From Gracilinanus agilis (lineage: Eukaryota), in contig NC_058131.1 in NCBI RefSeq assembly GCF_016433145.1, positions 604,607,714 to 604,671,713 on the forward strand: 64,000 nt of DNA, read 5' to 3'. Every line of letters starts with the position of its first letter. Position 1 is the first letter of the stretch. The translations under genes were made by a program, and so were the position numbers. The notes beneath the pieces are model-generated. The model made no database searches and had not been told where the DNA came from. It was given only the letters and a program-made list of their open reading frames with translations. This document shows, piece by piece, positions 12,541-23,733 of the stretch.

Positions 12541-12675
12541 GTAACTAGCTCTCCTGTATGCATGGACATGAATGGGATGTCTGTCCCTGCTGAGTTCTTA
12601 TCCCGACACAACTCTGAAGGAATCATCACATTTGTGGATCCAAGATGCATCAGTGTTATTGGCTACCAACCACAG
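12541..12675 (+). CDS. ARNT2: ARNT2 coding exon (exon 10 equivalent), 135 nt, start of PAS-B
   Basis: ttgttctcAG|GTA ACT...CCA CAG|GTTGG. Translates [45 protein letters not shown]. The DPRC motif (Pro where ARNT has His, DHRC) identifies ARNT2 rather than ARNT. Confidence 0.98.
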
Positions 12676-13958
12676 GTTGGTAGATGATTTGGTACTCATG
12701 AATGTCTTGGCTAACACAATTTAGAAAATCTGTCTTCCCTAATGGACACAAAGTGCTTGGTCTTTGCTAGCAACAATACAGATACAGTGTTGAGAAGCAA
12801 GACTCCTTAAACAACATGCTCAATTTAGGGAAAGTATTTTGCTAGGTGCACCTTGAAGTCTTAAGCAACTCTAAATTAAAAACTCTTTCTACACATGGAA
12901 TGGCATTATACAAAATAGCTCCTTATTATATGATGCCTAAAATACCTGGATTTTTTAACAGTTATGAATCCACATTACTCATATAGATACTTTATTGCTA
13001 TCATCTTTTCAACTAAAATCTTGACTCAAAACATCTGAATATCCAAGTGAATTTATCATGTTTAGATGAAATTGATGGGCAATTATTTTTATTTCCCATA
13101 TACTATATCATATGAGTAGAATGCTGCCTTTAAAACCATGATAATAATCTATTTGTTCACCTTCACTGGCCATAAAAGATGCATATTGGGGGTGAGAGAA
13201 GTTTGCATTTGGCTACTGTTTTCGCAGTTATGCCAACGTAGACTCAAGCTTGGTCCCTTTGAATTCTGTGGTTTTGACCAGGGAGTCAATATAGCTGCTT
13301 GACTGTTTTGTATTTCCCAAGTAATAATGTCTCTCTGTGCATGCATTTAAATTCAGTGTTTGGCTTTAGAGTGGTTGATTCCTGTGCACAAATACTCATC
13401 CATTACGTTAAATATTTTCTTTCAGGATCATGCTTGCTCTTTTGAATAAAAGATCAAATAATGGAACTAGGTAGTAAATGTTCCCCTTAACTACAAGATT
13501 GTTTCATGCAGAATGGCATCTTTTCATTCCCAAGAGAACTGCAGTTTCCACATTTAAATAATTACAGTTTTCATAAGCAACACATCCTGTCTTCACTTGG
13601 TCATTTTGCTTTCTTTTAATGTTTATTGGAAACATGCTTATTGTATTGTGCTCCTCCAAAGCAAACAGAATATAAAAATTCCATCTCCCTAGGAAAAAAA
13701 GATTCTTTGGGATATTAATGTATTGCTTTATGCAAGCACTGATCTTGCCATCAAATATGTCTGGTTAACATAGTATTGTTAACAGGAAGTTTCATATAGA
13801 CACCAAGACAAAATTCTCAGCTGTAATTTTAGAGGGTGTCTGAGGGGGACTAGTAGATATGGAAAAGACTGAACAAACAACATTTCCTTACAACAAAGAA
13901 ATGAAATGTGAATGGTGGAAGTTGAAATTACATACTGAGGCTTTTCTTTTATGTCTAG

Positions 13959-14033
13959 GATCTTCTGGGAAAGGACATTTTGGAATTCTGCCATCCTGAA
14001 GATCAGAGCCATCTAAGGGAGAGTTTTCAGCAG
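13959..14033 (+). CDS. ARNT2: ARNT2 coding exon (exon 11 equivalent), 75 nt, PAS-B
   Basis: tgtctAG|GAT CTT...CAG CAG|GTACT. Translates DLLGKDILEFCHPEDQSHLRESFQQ. Phase 0/0. Confidence 0.98.
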
Positions 14034-15204
14034 GTACTATCCTAAAATGAGTCACAAAATGTACATAAATCTGAATACTTTTTCATATGGTCAAGAGGAT
14101 GTATATGGTTGCATGATAATGTATGTGACCCTGTCTAGTACATAAATAATTGTCCCCTATTAAGCCTGTATTAACAGAAGAGAAAATTCAAGTCCATTTA
14201 AAATTTATGAAAATACATGTAACAGAGCTGTACTGGTTGATAAATGATAAAGTTTATTAAACAACTGGCTTTCTGGATAGGTGGGGGGAAGAAGCATATG
14301 TGACCTACTTTTCAGTTTAATCTATGTTGACATTTTCGCCATCATTTTCTTTAGACTGGATGATTGACAAAGCATTATAAGTCCTGATTTGTGGTGTTAG
14401 CTCATTTCCAGGGAGTAAAATGTTTTCACTGAAAATTTAACAATCAGCTCTCATGAGTCAGCTCTAGCTGGCTCTAGCATGCTTCTGAATTTTATGATTG
14501 TTTAGAGTTGGAAGGGACCTTAGAAATTATCTAGTCAACTCTTCTTACTTTACTTTTCTGTGTATGTATTGTAGTCCTCAAGTAGAATGTAAGCTCCTCG
14601 AGGACAGGCTCTGTTTTCCATTTGGGAGACATTATTTTGCCAATGCCTTCCATAATGCTTTTTTATGAAGTAAGTGCTTAGTAAACATCCGTTGAATTAG
14701 ATTGAACTGTACTGGACTAGATCAAATGCATTCAATTTAACCAGGGGGAAAATCTGGTTTAGAGTGTATATTCTGAATCCTTCAACCCTGCATTATAGAT
14801 CTCTGCATTTAAGGTCATGCTGCAACTCATATAGCCTCCCAATATAATGAACTTCTTCGACAGTGAATGTTTTCAAGAACATTTCTGTTTACACATAGAA
14901 GTATTTCCTACACATCAATGATTTATATATAGAAATGCCTTTTAGGAGGGGCTGAGCCTAGAGTTCCTCTGCCCCTATAGAGACCATGCCCTTCATTCTC
15001 TAGATTAGAACACCTGGGGGAAATCTGACACAGAGAAACTTCTTTCTCATAGGTAGTTCACAAGATTATAGGATTTAGAGGTCATCTCTTTAGTTAGAGG
15101 CCATTAGAGGCTATTTTTAGTTCACCCTCCCCCGGTCCTATTTTTCAGATAATAAAACTGATGCCCAGAGTAGCAAAGTGACAAAAACTAAGTCTTCTGA
15201 AGCC

Positions 15205-15450
15205 ATTTTTTTTCCTTTTTATTAAGCTGTATTGATATCTCTTGCTTTTCCATGACTTTCATTCTTTCATACATCCCCTATGTTTCCTACCCAGGCAGCC
15301 TTCCCTTGTGATAAACAATGAAAGAGGAAAAATAAATTCAGAGAAAACAATGCATCACACAAAACTGACCGTATCTGCAGTATTCCATGTCCCCCCACCT
15401 CTGCAAAGAGGGGAGGGAGGTGTTGTTTTTCATCTCTTCTGAAACCAAAT
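15205..15450 (-). mobile_element. Marsupial L1-type 3' UTR remnant
   Basis: T-rich end followed by cttcccttgtgataaac...cccacctctgcaaagaggggagggagg...catctcttct. Confidence 0.55.
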
Positions 15451-16829
15451 TCAGTGTTCTTTCTACTATAGAAAAATAGATGTTTTATGAAAATGTTCAA
15501 GTATTGCCAGATTCCTTCTAAAAGTTTCAAGGGTTCTCAAAGTGCAGGGAACCTAGGAGCGTCTGCTCTGAGTCAGGAGACCTGGGCTCCTTCCACCAGG
15601 ATTCCTTCCTTGCCATTGTGACTATCATCTGTATGAACTTGAGCTCCCATTCTTCAGCGATAATGTAGCCCATATAAACTTTGGGAACCTTTAACCCAGC
15701 CTCTCCTCCCATAGACACTCTAGTTTCTAGAGTTCATGGGCGACTACACCTCTTCCTCAGAGTTCTAGGGGTACCCCTTAGAAGTTGCAGATATATTTGT
15801 AGTGTTTTGGCTTGATGTCCCATTCCAGTGGCTTCTTACCAATATTATTTGCCAGATTACTTTAGTATCACCTAATCAGTGACTGTCTCACCCATGTTTC
15901 AATGTCATCCATATCTTTGATTCTCACCTTTATGATATTTAACAATTAACTTGCAATTTTAATTCACTTAACCAATTTGCTTTCACAAGGGGTTTTGGAT
16001 AGTAAGAACCAAACTTTAAATACATACCACCCAACTGGGAGACCTGGTTGCATCTTCTCCCCTAAATCAGTCCCTAAGATTAGGTTCAGCAAAACTTCGA
16101 CTCCAACAACTTCATTTCTGAATGTAGCTTAGCTAAGGGAAATGTCCCTTCTCTTAGCTGTCTTCAATGCCATGCTAGATTGGATCAGTTAGATCACTCC
16201 TTGCCAGCTCTAGCTTGGACTCTAGTTCCTGGACTTCTGGTGCTTTCCCAACCTTTCAAAGCATGTAGGGTCATAGTCTTCTCTGTTCCATCTCCAATAC
16301 TCCTTCATCTAAGGTAGGAAAGAGTAGACAGATACAACAGGGACAGAAGTGACAACAGAGCGCTTAGCTCATGGTTTCATGTTAATTGGTCCTGGTGGAG
16401 AGAGTAAGCCATGGGTACTCTCTCCATTTGGAAGCTTAGAGCAGTCATTTTTCCCTCCCTTAAATATAACCAAGAAAAGAAAGAACAATTTTGCCAACTG
16501 AATTCTTTTTTTATGCACTCTCTTCTAGCTCGGCAGTCAGCCAAAAGATTTTTCTTCACTACATAGTAAGTGGACAGGAAGCAGTCATATATTTTCTGTT
16601 TATGCTCTAAAGTCCATGTGAAGGATTGCATCAAGGAGAACACACAGCACATGCTCTTAACAAATGGGCTCCCATTAGCCAGTCCTCCATTACTGTAAAT
16701 GAAGGAGTTGGACTCTTAAGGTCTTCTAAGCCAGAAGTTAAGTACATAATTCTGTGGGCCCTGTTCATTGAGAGAGCCCCTGCCGCACTACAACCCTAGT
16801 CAGAAGAGGAACCACCACTGAGTCAGGGG

Positions 16830-17035
16830 CATGGAGGTACAAAGTTTTGGTTCGAATCCAGCCTCAGACACTATAGTTGTGGACAAGTCACTTAACCGCT
16901 GACCGCCTCAGTTTCCTCAAATATAGACTGGGCTAATAGCACCTATGTCACAGGGTTGATATGAGGATAAAATTCTATAATATTTGTAAAATGCTTAGCA
17001 TTAGGCCTATCTACACAGTAGGCACTTTATATATA
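16830..17035 (+). mobile_element. MIR
   Basis: ttcgaatccagcctcagacact...aagtcacttaacc...cctcagtttcctc...gggttgatatgaggataaa. Confidence 0.8.
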
Positions 17036-18149
17036 TATATATGTATTTCCTTCCTTCCTAGCTGAGGTCAAACATAGACCACATTTTTTCATAGAGTTAG
17101 AATTATAAAAATGGTCATTATCCTATAATTGAGAGAGAAAAAATATTAAATTAAAAAATGGTCATTGCCTGTACTCTCCCATCCTGGAAAGAGCAATGGA
17201 ATGGGAATCAGGAGATCTAAATTCTTGCCTCTATTTTGCCACTACCTCAGTAAGTCTGTCATTTTATTTCCCCAAGCCTTGGTTGCTCCTCTGTGAGATC
17301 AGTTAACTGAGTGTGATGATTTCCAGTCTTCCAGCTCCAAATTCTCTGATTATAGTGCACAGATTAAATGGGACTCGAAAACTGTTCTCATCATCATTTG
17401 TAACATAGTTTCTATTGGGAAATGAATTTTGAGTTCCAAACAGCTGACTTAGAAACTTGAAATAACCCAGTGGTAAATGGAGGATTGCCTGAGTTAGTTT
17501 TTAACTCAAAAGCTTCACCAGCCATTACTTAATTTCTGTTCATGAGCTATCTTTTGTATTTTTTATGAATTCCTCCAGAAGTTTGCTTATACTCCTTTCA
17601 TGATGTTTTGTTCTTTGCCCAAGACAGATCTGTTCTTATCTTTAAAAACTTCAAGGAAAAAAAAAACTTTTTAAAAAATTAATTTTCCAACATCATTCTG
17701 GAGGCTTATGCTGCGTGTGAAAAGCAGTGAGTTTGGCTTAAGGGAATTGCTTTTGGAACCTGGAGATGCCTTCAATTAACATGCTTAGGAAGTGATGAGC
17801 CCTGTTAACATCCCCAAACTGCCAATTTAGAGAATTGTTGGCGGGAGTTGGAGCTGAATGGAAATGTCTGGTATGTTTCATCATGCTTAAATATAGGGCA
17901 ACATAACCATAGACTAAGATTTTTGGAAATTTTTATTCTTTCTGGGTTATGGTTCATTCTTCTTGACACTGAAAGGAGCTACCATGCTCCTTCCCCAAAC
18001 AAAACCTATATAAGGCAAAAAAGTACAGGCAACATTGAATGGGATTGGAAATGGATCCCTTTAGGGCCTTAGTCCTATCCCTATTTTTGAGGAAACTTTC
18101 TTTCTATTTCCCTCTCTTGTGGAAGCCATGCCTTTTCATTACCAGGTGG

Positions 18150-18540
18150 ACTGTATTTTCTCTCTCCACTTTTCTGTCGTATTTTCTTACCTCTGTTTCC
18201 TCCTCACTCTTCCTCTCTTCATGATTTCCTAGTTTCCCTCTGGTAGCTCTTCCTTTTTTCCCCATTTCCCTTTTCTCATATTCTCTTTTTCCATCTTTCC
18301 CTAATATTTTCCCCTATCTTTCTTCCCCTTTGTCTTTCCTTCCCTTTCTTTTTTCCCTTTACCACCTTTGTTTACTTTATTTTCCTTTATATGTTCCTTC
18401 AATTTCTCTCCTATTTTCTTTTTCTCTCCTTTTTGTATTTTTCTTCTCTGTTCTCTACCCACTTCCTTTTTACACTCCACATCTTTGCCTTCTCTTCCAT
18501 TCTTTTCTTTTCCTTCTTTATTTCCTTGTCTTTTGCTCAT
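18150..18540. repeat. Long polypyrimidine (CT/TTC-rich) low-complexity tract
   Basis: About 390 nt almost all C/T on the + strand; it explains the F/S/L- and K/E/R-rich spurious ORFs here. Confidence 0.95.
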
Positions 18541-18549
18541 GTTTCAAAA

Positions 18550-18750
18550 CAGCATGACATTGTGGGGAAAGTGCTGGATTTGGAATCAGAGGACCTAGGT
18601 TCAAATCAGAGGTCTGCCTTTTACTACATATGACTTTGAGCAAGTCATTTAATTTCTCTGGCACTCAGTCATCTTATCTGTAAAAATGGGGAAAGGTCAT
18701 ACTCAGCTATAACTAGCATCCCTTCTAGATTTAAATTGATTATTATCCTA
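18550..18750 (+). mobile_element. MIR3-like SINE
   Basis: gtggggaaagtgctggatttggaatcagaggacctaggttcaaatc...catcccttctagatttaaa. Confidence 0.75.
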
Positions 18751-20199
18751 TAATCTTAGGACATAATAATTCCTATTAATGTTTGCAAAAAAATTTACTC
18801 TTTTGTAATTGTATGTCTTCTTATACTTGACACAATTTAAGTTAATAAATAGTTCATCTAAACCCTAACATGGCCAGTTATTTAGACTATAATATTAATT
18901 ACGCTGAAATACAGTCCTCTCATGGCCCAGTTAACTGACTTTGTGGCCACAGGTTCTACCCCTAACCCTTTCAGTAATGCATGCCATTGGCCACAAGAAG
19001 AATGAATGAAAAAAATGTGAGAGAATAAGTGAAACTTAATCACTGCCACTTCAAAAATAAATAAAAACCTAAGAATTGCTAATCTTGGGTCAGCATAAAT
19101 TCTGTACACAAATATTACCATCTAAAATCATGTTGATGTCTAAGGAGCCAGCAAGTAAGTAACCTCCAAAATTCTCAAAAGATAGCACATTAGAGAAGGA
19201 AAGGACCTTTTAAATTATCTATTCCAACCTCACCATCATGGTACCAGGGAAAGAACAAAGGATTTGGAGTCAGACATGCTTGAATTATGGCTTTGCTACT
19301 TACTATGTCTCTGTGAACATGGGCAAGTTATTTCCAAAATTCTTTCCTTTCCTATCTTCTTTCTTGGCTCTCCCTCTCCTTGCCAACTAATATTTCTTTT
19401 GCAGATGATATTTTTATCCCATTTGATATGTAATATTTAGCTTTGCACAAGTGATCAGTTTTTGAGGATTTTATTCGAGAACATGAAATGTGTTAAAAGT
19501 TAAGCTTTATACAGCTTAGTTTCTGTGTATTTTCCTATTTAATATATTTCAATATTTTCCTCAAATAAATCCTCCCATATTTTCAAATATATTATCATAA
19601 AATTCATCTTGGCTTTACAAAGTCAATGAAAACTGACCAAATAGGAAGGTTTATTTTATTATTGATGTATAAGATTTTAAAAAATAATAAATTAAAATGT
19701 TAAGCATGAATTCGAGGGATATCTCCATTTTATAGAGCCACAGAGATTGTAAATTGCTGAGGTTTTCAGAAATTGGTTGGTTACAAAAAGGAAAAAAAAA
19801 AGGGGGACTTAGCATCTGATTCCTTGCCAGTACCCAGCTCATGTAGTATCAATTCCTTGAGAAGGCAAATTTATTCATATGGTGGGAAAATTAAGCCAGG
19901 ACAGTAATATCCTTTGGCCAACAATAATAAATATAGACCAGAATCAAAGGGTCTACTGATCAGCTATCTAATATGCACTAGGAAATCCTTGGGCTGGACA
20001 TTGACACAGCCTTTGTATTCTTTGGGATTCTGCCATTGGGCGTGGTTGGTTAGAAATTGTTGAAAGGAAATGCCTTGCTCATTTGAAACTGCATAGAGTT
20101 GGTTTCAAATAAAAGTGAACTCTTCAATTTTAAAAGTATTTGTATATCCTATATTTTATACTTTATTTGATCTGATGAGCATATTCATGAAATCTTTAC

Positions 20200-20380
20200 T
20201 TGGCACATTATTTCACAAACTTACATATGACAGAAAACTGAAAGTAAGATTTGAAAAATGAAAAATTAAATATTTCTTGGCTGGCTGGAATATCTTTAAT
20301 TAAAGAAGATGAAATTTAATAGATATAAATATAAAGTCTTTAATTTGGGTTGAAAGAATCATCTTCATAAATATTAGATG
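20200..20380 (+). mobile_element. CR1/L3 LINE remnant
   Basis: aagatgaaatttaatagatataaatataaagtctttaatttgggttgaaagaatcatcttcataaata matches the L3 segment encoding MKFNxDKCKVLHLG, as recalled. Confidence 0.7.
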
Positions 20381-20590
20381 GGGACACAGCTAGTTGGCTC
20401 AATGGATTGAGAGCCAGGTCCAGAGATGGTAGGACTCAGGTTCAAATCTGGCTCAGATACTTCCTAGCTGTATAACCCTGAGCAAGTCATTTAACCCCAG
20501 TTAACTAGTCTTTACCACTGTTATACCTTGGAACCAAAATTGACTATTAATTCCTATTAATTCTTACTTACCTTACCTATTAATTCTTAC
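20381..20590 (+). mobile_element. SINE1_Mdo-like SINE, intermediate age
   Basis: cagctagttggctcaatggattgagagccagg...caagtcatttaacccc...taccttggaacc. Confidence 0.8.
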
Positions 20591-20673
20591 CATCTCAGAG
20601 AAGGGAGGATGAGGGAGATGTGGAAAGGAGAGAGAGAATTTGGAAATCAAAATTTTTTTAAAAGAGTGTTACA

Positions 20674-20873
20674 GGGGGCAGCTGGGTAGCTCAGTGGATT
20701 GAGAATCAGGCCTAGAGACAGGAGGTCCTATGTTCAAATCTGGCCTCAGACACTTCCCAGCTGTGTGACCCTGCGCAAGTCACTTGACCCCCATTGCCTA
20801 CCCTTACCACTCTTCTGCCTTGGAGCCAATACACAGTATTGACTCCAAGACGGAAGGTGAGGGTTTAAAAAAA
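20674..20873 (+). mobile_element. Young full-length SINE1_Mdo-like SINE (tail type A)
   Basis: gggggcagctgggtagctcagtggattgag...gactccaagacggaaggtgagggttt followed by poly(A). TSD AAAAG(A/G)GTGTTACA. Inserted into an L1 3' end remnant. Confidence 0.92.
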
Positions 20874-21289
20874 AAAAGGGTGTTACAAGTTGTTTTGCAT
20901 ATAAGTGGGGGGGATAAAATATTATTTTTAAAAGAGAGTATTTTGGGGGGAGATAAAGACCTTCAGAGACATAAAAGAATATATCATAAGAGAACCTAGC
21001 AGAAGGCTCACTTTGAGAAGGATTGAAGAGGAGGAAGAAAAGAACCTTTTAATCTTTTAGTACTTATAAGAGAAGGGCATTGGCTCTGTATGTTTGCCAA
21101 ATGTTTACAATTAAAGAAATTATCCTTATTCTATCAGGCCTTTTAGTATATTTATCCTTGGAGAACCCAGAGGAAGGAAACAATCAGTATGGAGGGAAAA
21201 CCCAAAATATTCATTCAAGTCAAAGAATTATAGTAATAACTATGGAACTGGCAATTGAGAAAACTGGTTTACACCTATCTGAATAAGGC

Positions 21290-21830
21290 AAATCTGACCA
21301 CGTAACATTCATTCAAGTCTAGAGGCTCTCTATTGCTTCCAGGATTAAATATAAAGTCCTTTGTTTGGCTTATAAAGCCCTCTATAACCTCGTCCTTTCC
21401 TACCTTTCCAGTCCTCTTATACCCTAGACTTCCCTTTTCTCCTCTACCCCCTGATTCTGTGATAATGTCTTCATTGCTGTTTTTTATCACTCCATCTCTC
21501 AGTTCTGAATGTTGCCCCTGGCTGTCCCTCCATGCCTGCAATTCTTTCCCTCTTCATCTCTGCTGCCTGGCTTCCCTGGCTTCCTTCAAGTCTCAGCTAA
21601 AGTCCCACCCTCTGCCAGAAGCTTTTCTCCTTCCCACTTAATGCTTCTATTTTCTCTGTATAGATCACCCATATCTTGTTTATACGTTTTTGTTTGCCTG
21701 TTATTTCCCCCATTAAACTATGAGCTTTTAGGAGTAGGGACTGTCTTCATCTTTCTTTGTAACCCCATCATTTGGCACAATACCTGGCACATAGTAGATA
21801 CTTAATAAACATTAGTTGATCAGCTGACTG
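21290..21830 (+). mobile_element. L2 LINE 3' end
   Basis: ccaggattaaatataaagtcc...ggcttccttcaagtctcagctaaagtccc...tggcacaatacctggcacatagtagatacttaataaaca. Confidence 0.85.
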
Positions 21831-22339
21831 ATAGTTAGGGCTATATTACTAGGAGGATGACTAGGAGCTTCCCAAATAGGCTTAATTATTTCACAAAAAT
21901 CATCTGAAAGTTAGAAGAGCCCTGAGAAACCATGTGCCTAAGATTACATTAGCTTTCATTTTTATAGCTACTTAGTACTGCTGATTTAAAATAAGCTTTG
22001 CCTACATTTATCTATTCTCTTTTGTCCTGTTCTCAGAGGGAAAAGATAAGTACTGTTTACCTTTGCATACCCTGGCCTCGGAGCTTCTCCTTTCTATGTT
22101 AGGTAACCTAGATAGCCTCCAGCTATTGGACACTTTCCAAACTTATCATATCAAACCACACTCGTGGGTCCCCCAAGTGAATATGATATAATGTCATCAA
22201 ATGAAGACAGCTGTAATTTTGAAGACAGAGGATTCTTTTGCAAAATGCACATTGTGGGCAGTGCAGAGAACTGGAAAGTGCATCGGCCAAGGTTCTAGTA
22301 TGGTTTTTGCCATTAAATATCTTTGTGTCTCTGAACAAG

Positions 22340-22575
22340 AGATGTCCAGCTTCTGAGAGACAGCTAGGAGGTATAGTGGACAGAGTGCTGAGTTCCATTT
22401 GCCCTCACTAACTGTAGGATTATGGGAAAGTGACTTAATCTCTCTCAGCCTCTATTAACTCAGCTGTAAAATAGAGATAATAATAGCATCTGCTTCCATG
22501 AGTTGTTGTTTGAACCAAAGATAATATATGTAAAGTGCTTTGTAAACCTTAAAAGTGCTGTATAAATGCTATCTG
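22340..22575 (+). mobile_element. MIR
   Basis: gcagctaggaggtatagtggacagagtgctg...gataatatatgtaaagtgctttgtaaaccttaaaagtgctgtataaatgcta. Confidence 0.8.
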
Positions 22576-22975
22576 ATAGTAGTAGTAGCAACAGCAGTAA
22601 TGGTTGTTAGCAATAGTAGTGGTAGTAGTTGTAATAGTAATGGTAATAGTCCTAGTATTCCTAGTGGTAGGAGGAGAAGTAATAGTAGTAGGAGGAGTAA
22701 AATTAATGGTAGTAATAGTAGTAGTAGTGATGTTGGTGGTGGTAGTAGTAATGGTGGGATTAGTAGTGGTAGTAGTATTAGTAATGGTAGTAATAATAGT
22801 AGTGGTGGTGGTGGGAGGAGGAGGAAGAGGAAGAGTTGTTATAGGAGTAGTGGTGGAGGGGTTTATGTTGGTAGTAGTAATAGTAATGGTCATAATAATA
22901 GTAATGGTGGTGGTGGGAGGAGGAGGAAGAGGAAGAGTAGTTATAGGAGTAGTGGTGGTGGTACTGGTGGTGTAT
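22575..22975. repeat. Degenerate (AGT/GGT/AAT/GGA)n trinucleotide low-complexity tract at a MIR tail
   Basis: Read directly. Contains a block duplicated at about 102 bp period. Confidence 0.93.
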
Positions 22976-23269
22976 AAAATTTCCTCAGTTTCCTGTTCTA
23001 TAAATCAGAAGGTTTTGCCCAGTGATCTTTAAGGTACATCCAATTCTATGGTTCTGTTCTCTTTGTTACCTGTGTAAATATGAGTAAGTCATTCAACCTT
23101 TCTAAATCTTGTCTCTCTTAATCTGTAATATGAAGATTTTGAACTATAATCTCTAAAGTTCCTTCCATGTCTAAATTCTCCTATTTTTCTTTTTTCTATA
23201 TTCTAGTATCATGTTTGATTTTTGGGGTGGAATCACTTCCTTATGGCTATCTTATTTATATTCCCAGGC

Positions 23270-23530
23270 AAAAAGTTGATGCAGTGGATAAAACACTGGG
23301 CCAGTAGTCAGGAAGACCTGAATTCTTATCTGACCTTAAACACTAGTTGTGTGAGGCTGGACAAGTTACTTAACTCTGTTTGCCTCAATTTCCTCCTATG
23401 TAAAATAGGGACCACAATAGTACCTACCTCCTAGGGTTGTTAATGAAGAACAAATGAAATAATTATTTGTAAAACACTTAGTATGATGCCTGGCATGTAC
23501 TAGATACTATATAAATGCTCATCTCCCTTC
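23270..23530 (+). mobile_element. MIR ending about 55 nt upstream of the exon 12 acceptor
   Basis: gcagtggataaaacactgggccagtagtcaggaagacctgaatt...gatgcctggcatgtactagatactatataaatgctc. Confidence 0.8.
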
Positions 23531-23581
23531 CCACCTAATTCCACCCTTTTGCCTATCTATTTCTATAAATTATTTCCTCAG

Positions 23582-23733
23582 GTTGTTAAGCTGAAAGGTC
23601 AAGTACTATCAGTCATGTATCGATTTCGGACCAAAAACCGGGAATGGATGTTGATCAGGACCAGCAGCTTCACTTTTCAGAATCCTTATTCTGATGAGAT
23701 TGAATACATCATCTGCACCAACACAAATGTCAA
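23582..23733 (+). CDS. ARNT2: ARNT2 coding exon (exon 12 equivalent), 152 nt, PAS-B/PAC
   Basis: ttcctcAG|GTT GTT AAG...GTC AA|GTATG. Translates [50 protein letters not shown](K). Visible inside track ORF 23549-23758. Confidence 0.98.

Noticed and set aside
18301-18633. K/E/R-rich and F/S/L-rich ORFs on both strands (also 24222-24578 and 26700-26885)
   Set aside because: Translations of polypurine/polypyrimidine tracts.
22549-23032. Three overlapping 114-142 aa ORFs (poly-T/I, poly-V, G/S/N/R-rich)
   Set aside because: They are by-products of the trinucleotide tract, have no domain structure and are not flanked by splice signals.
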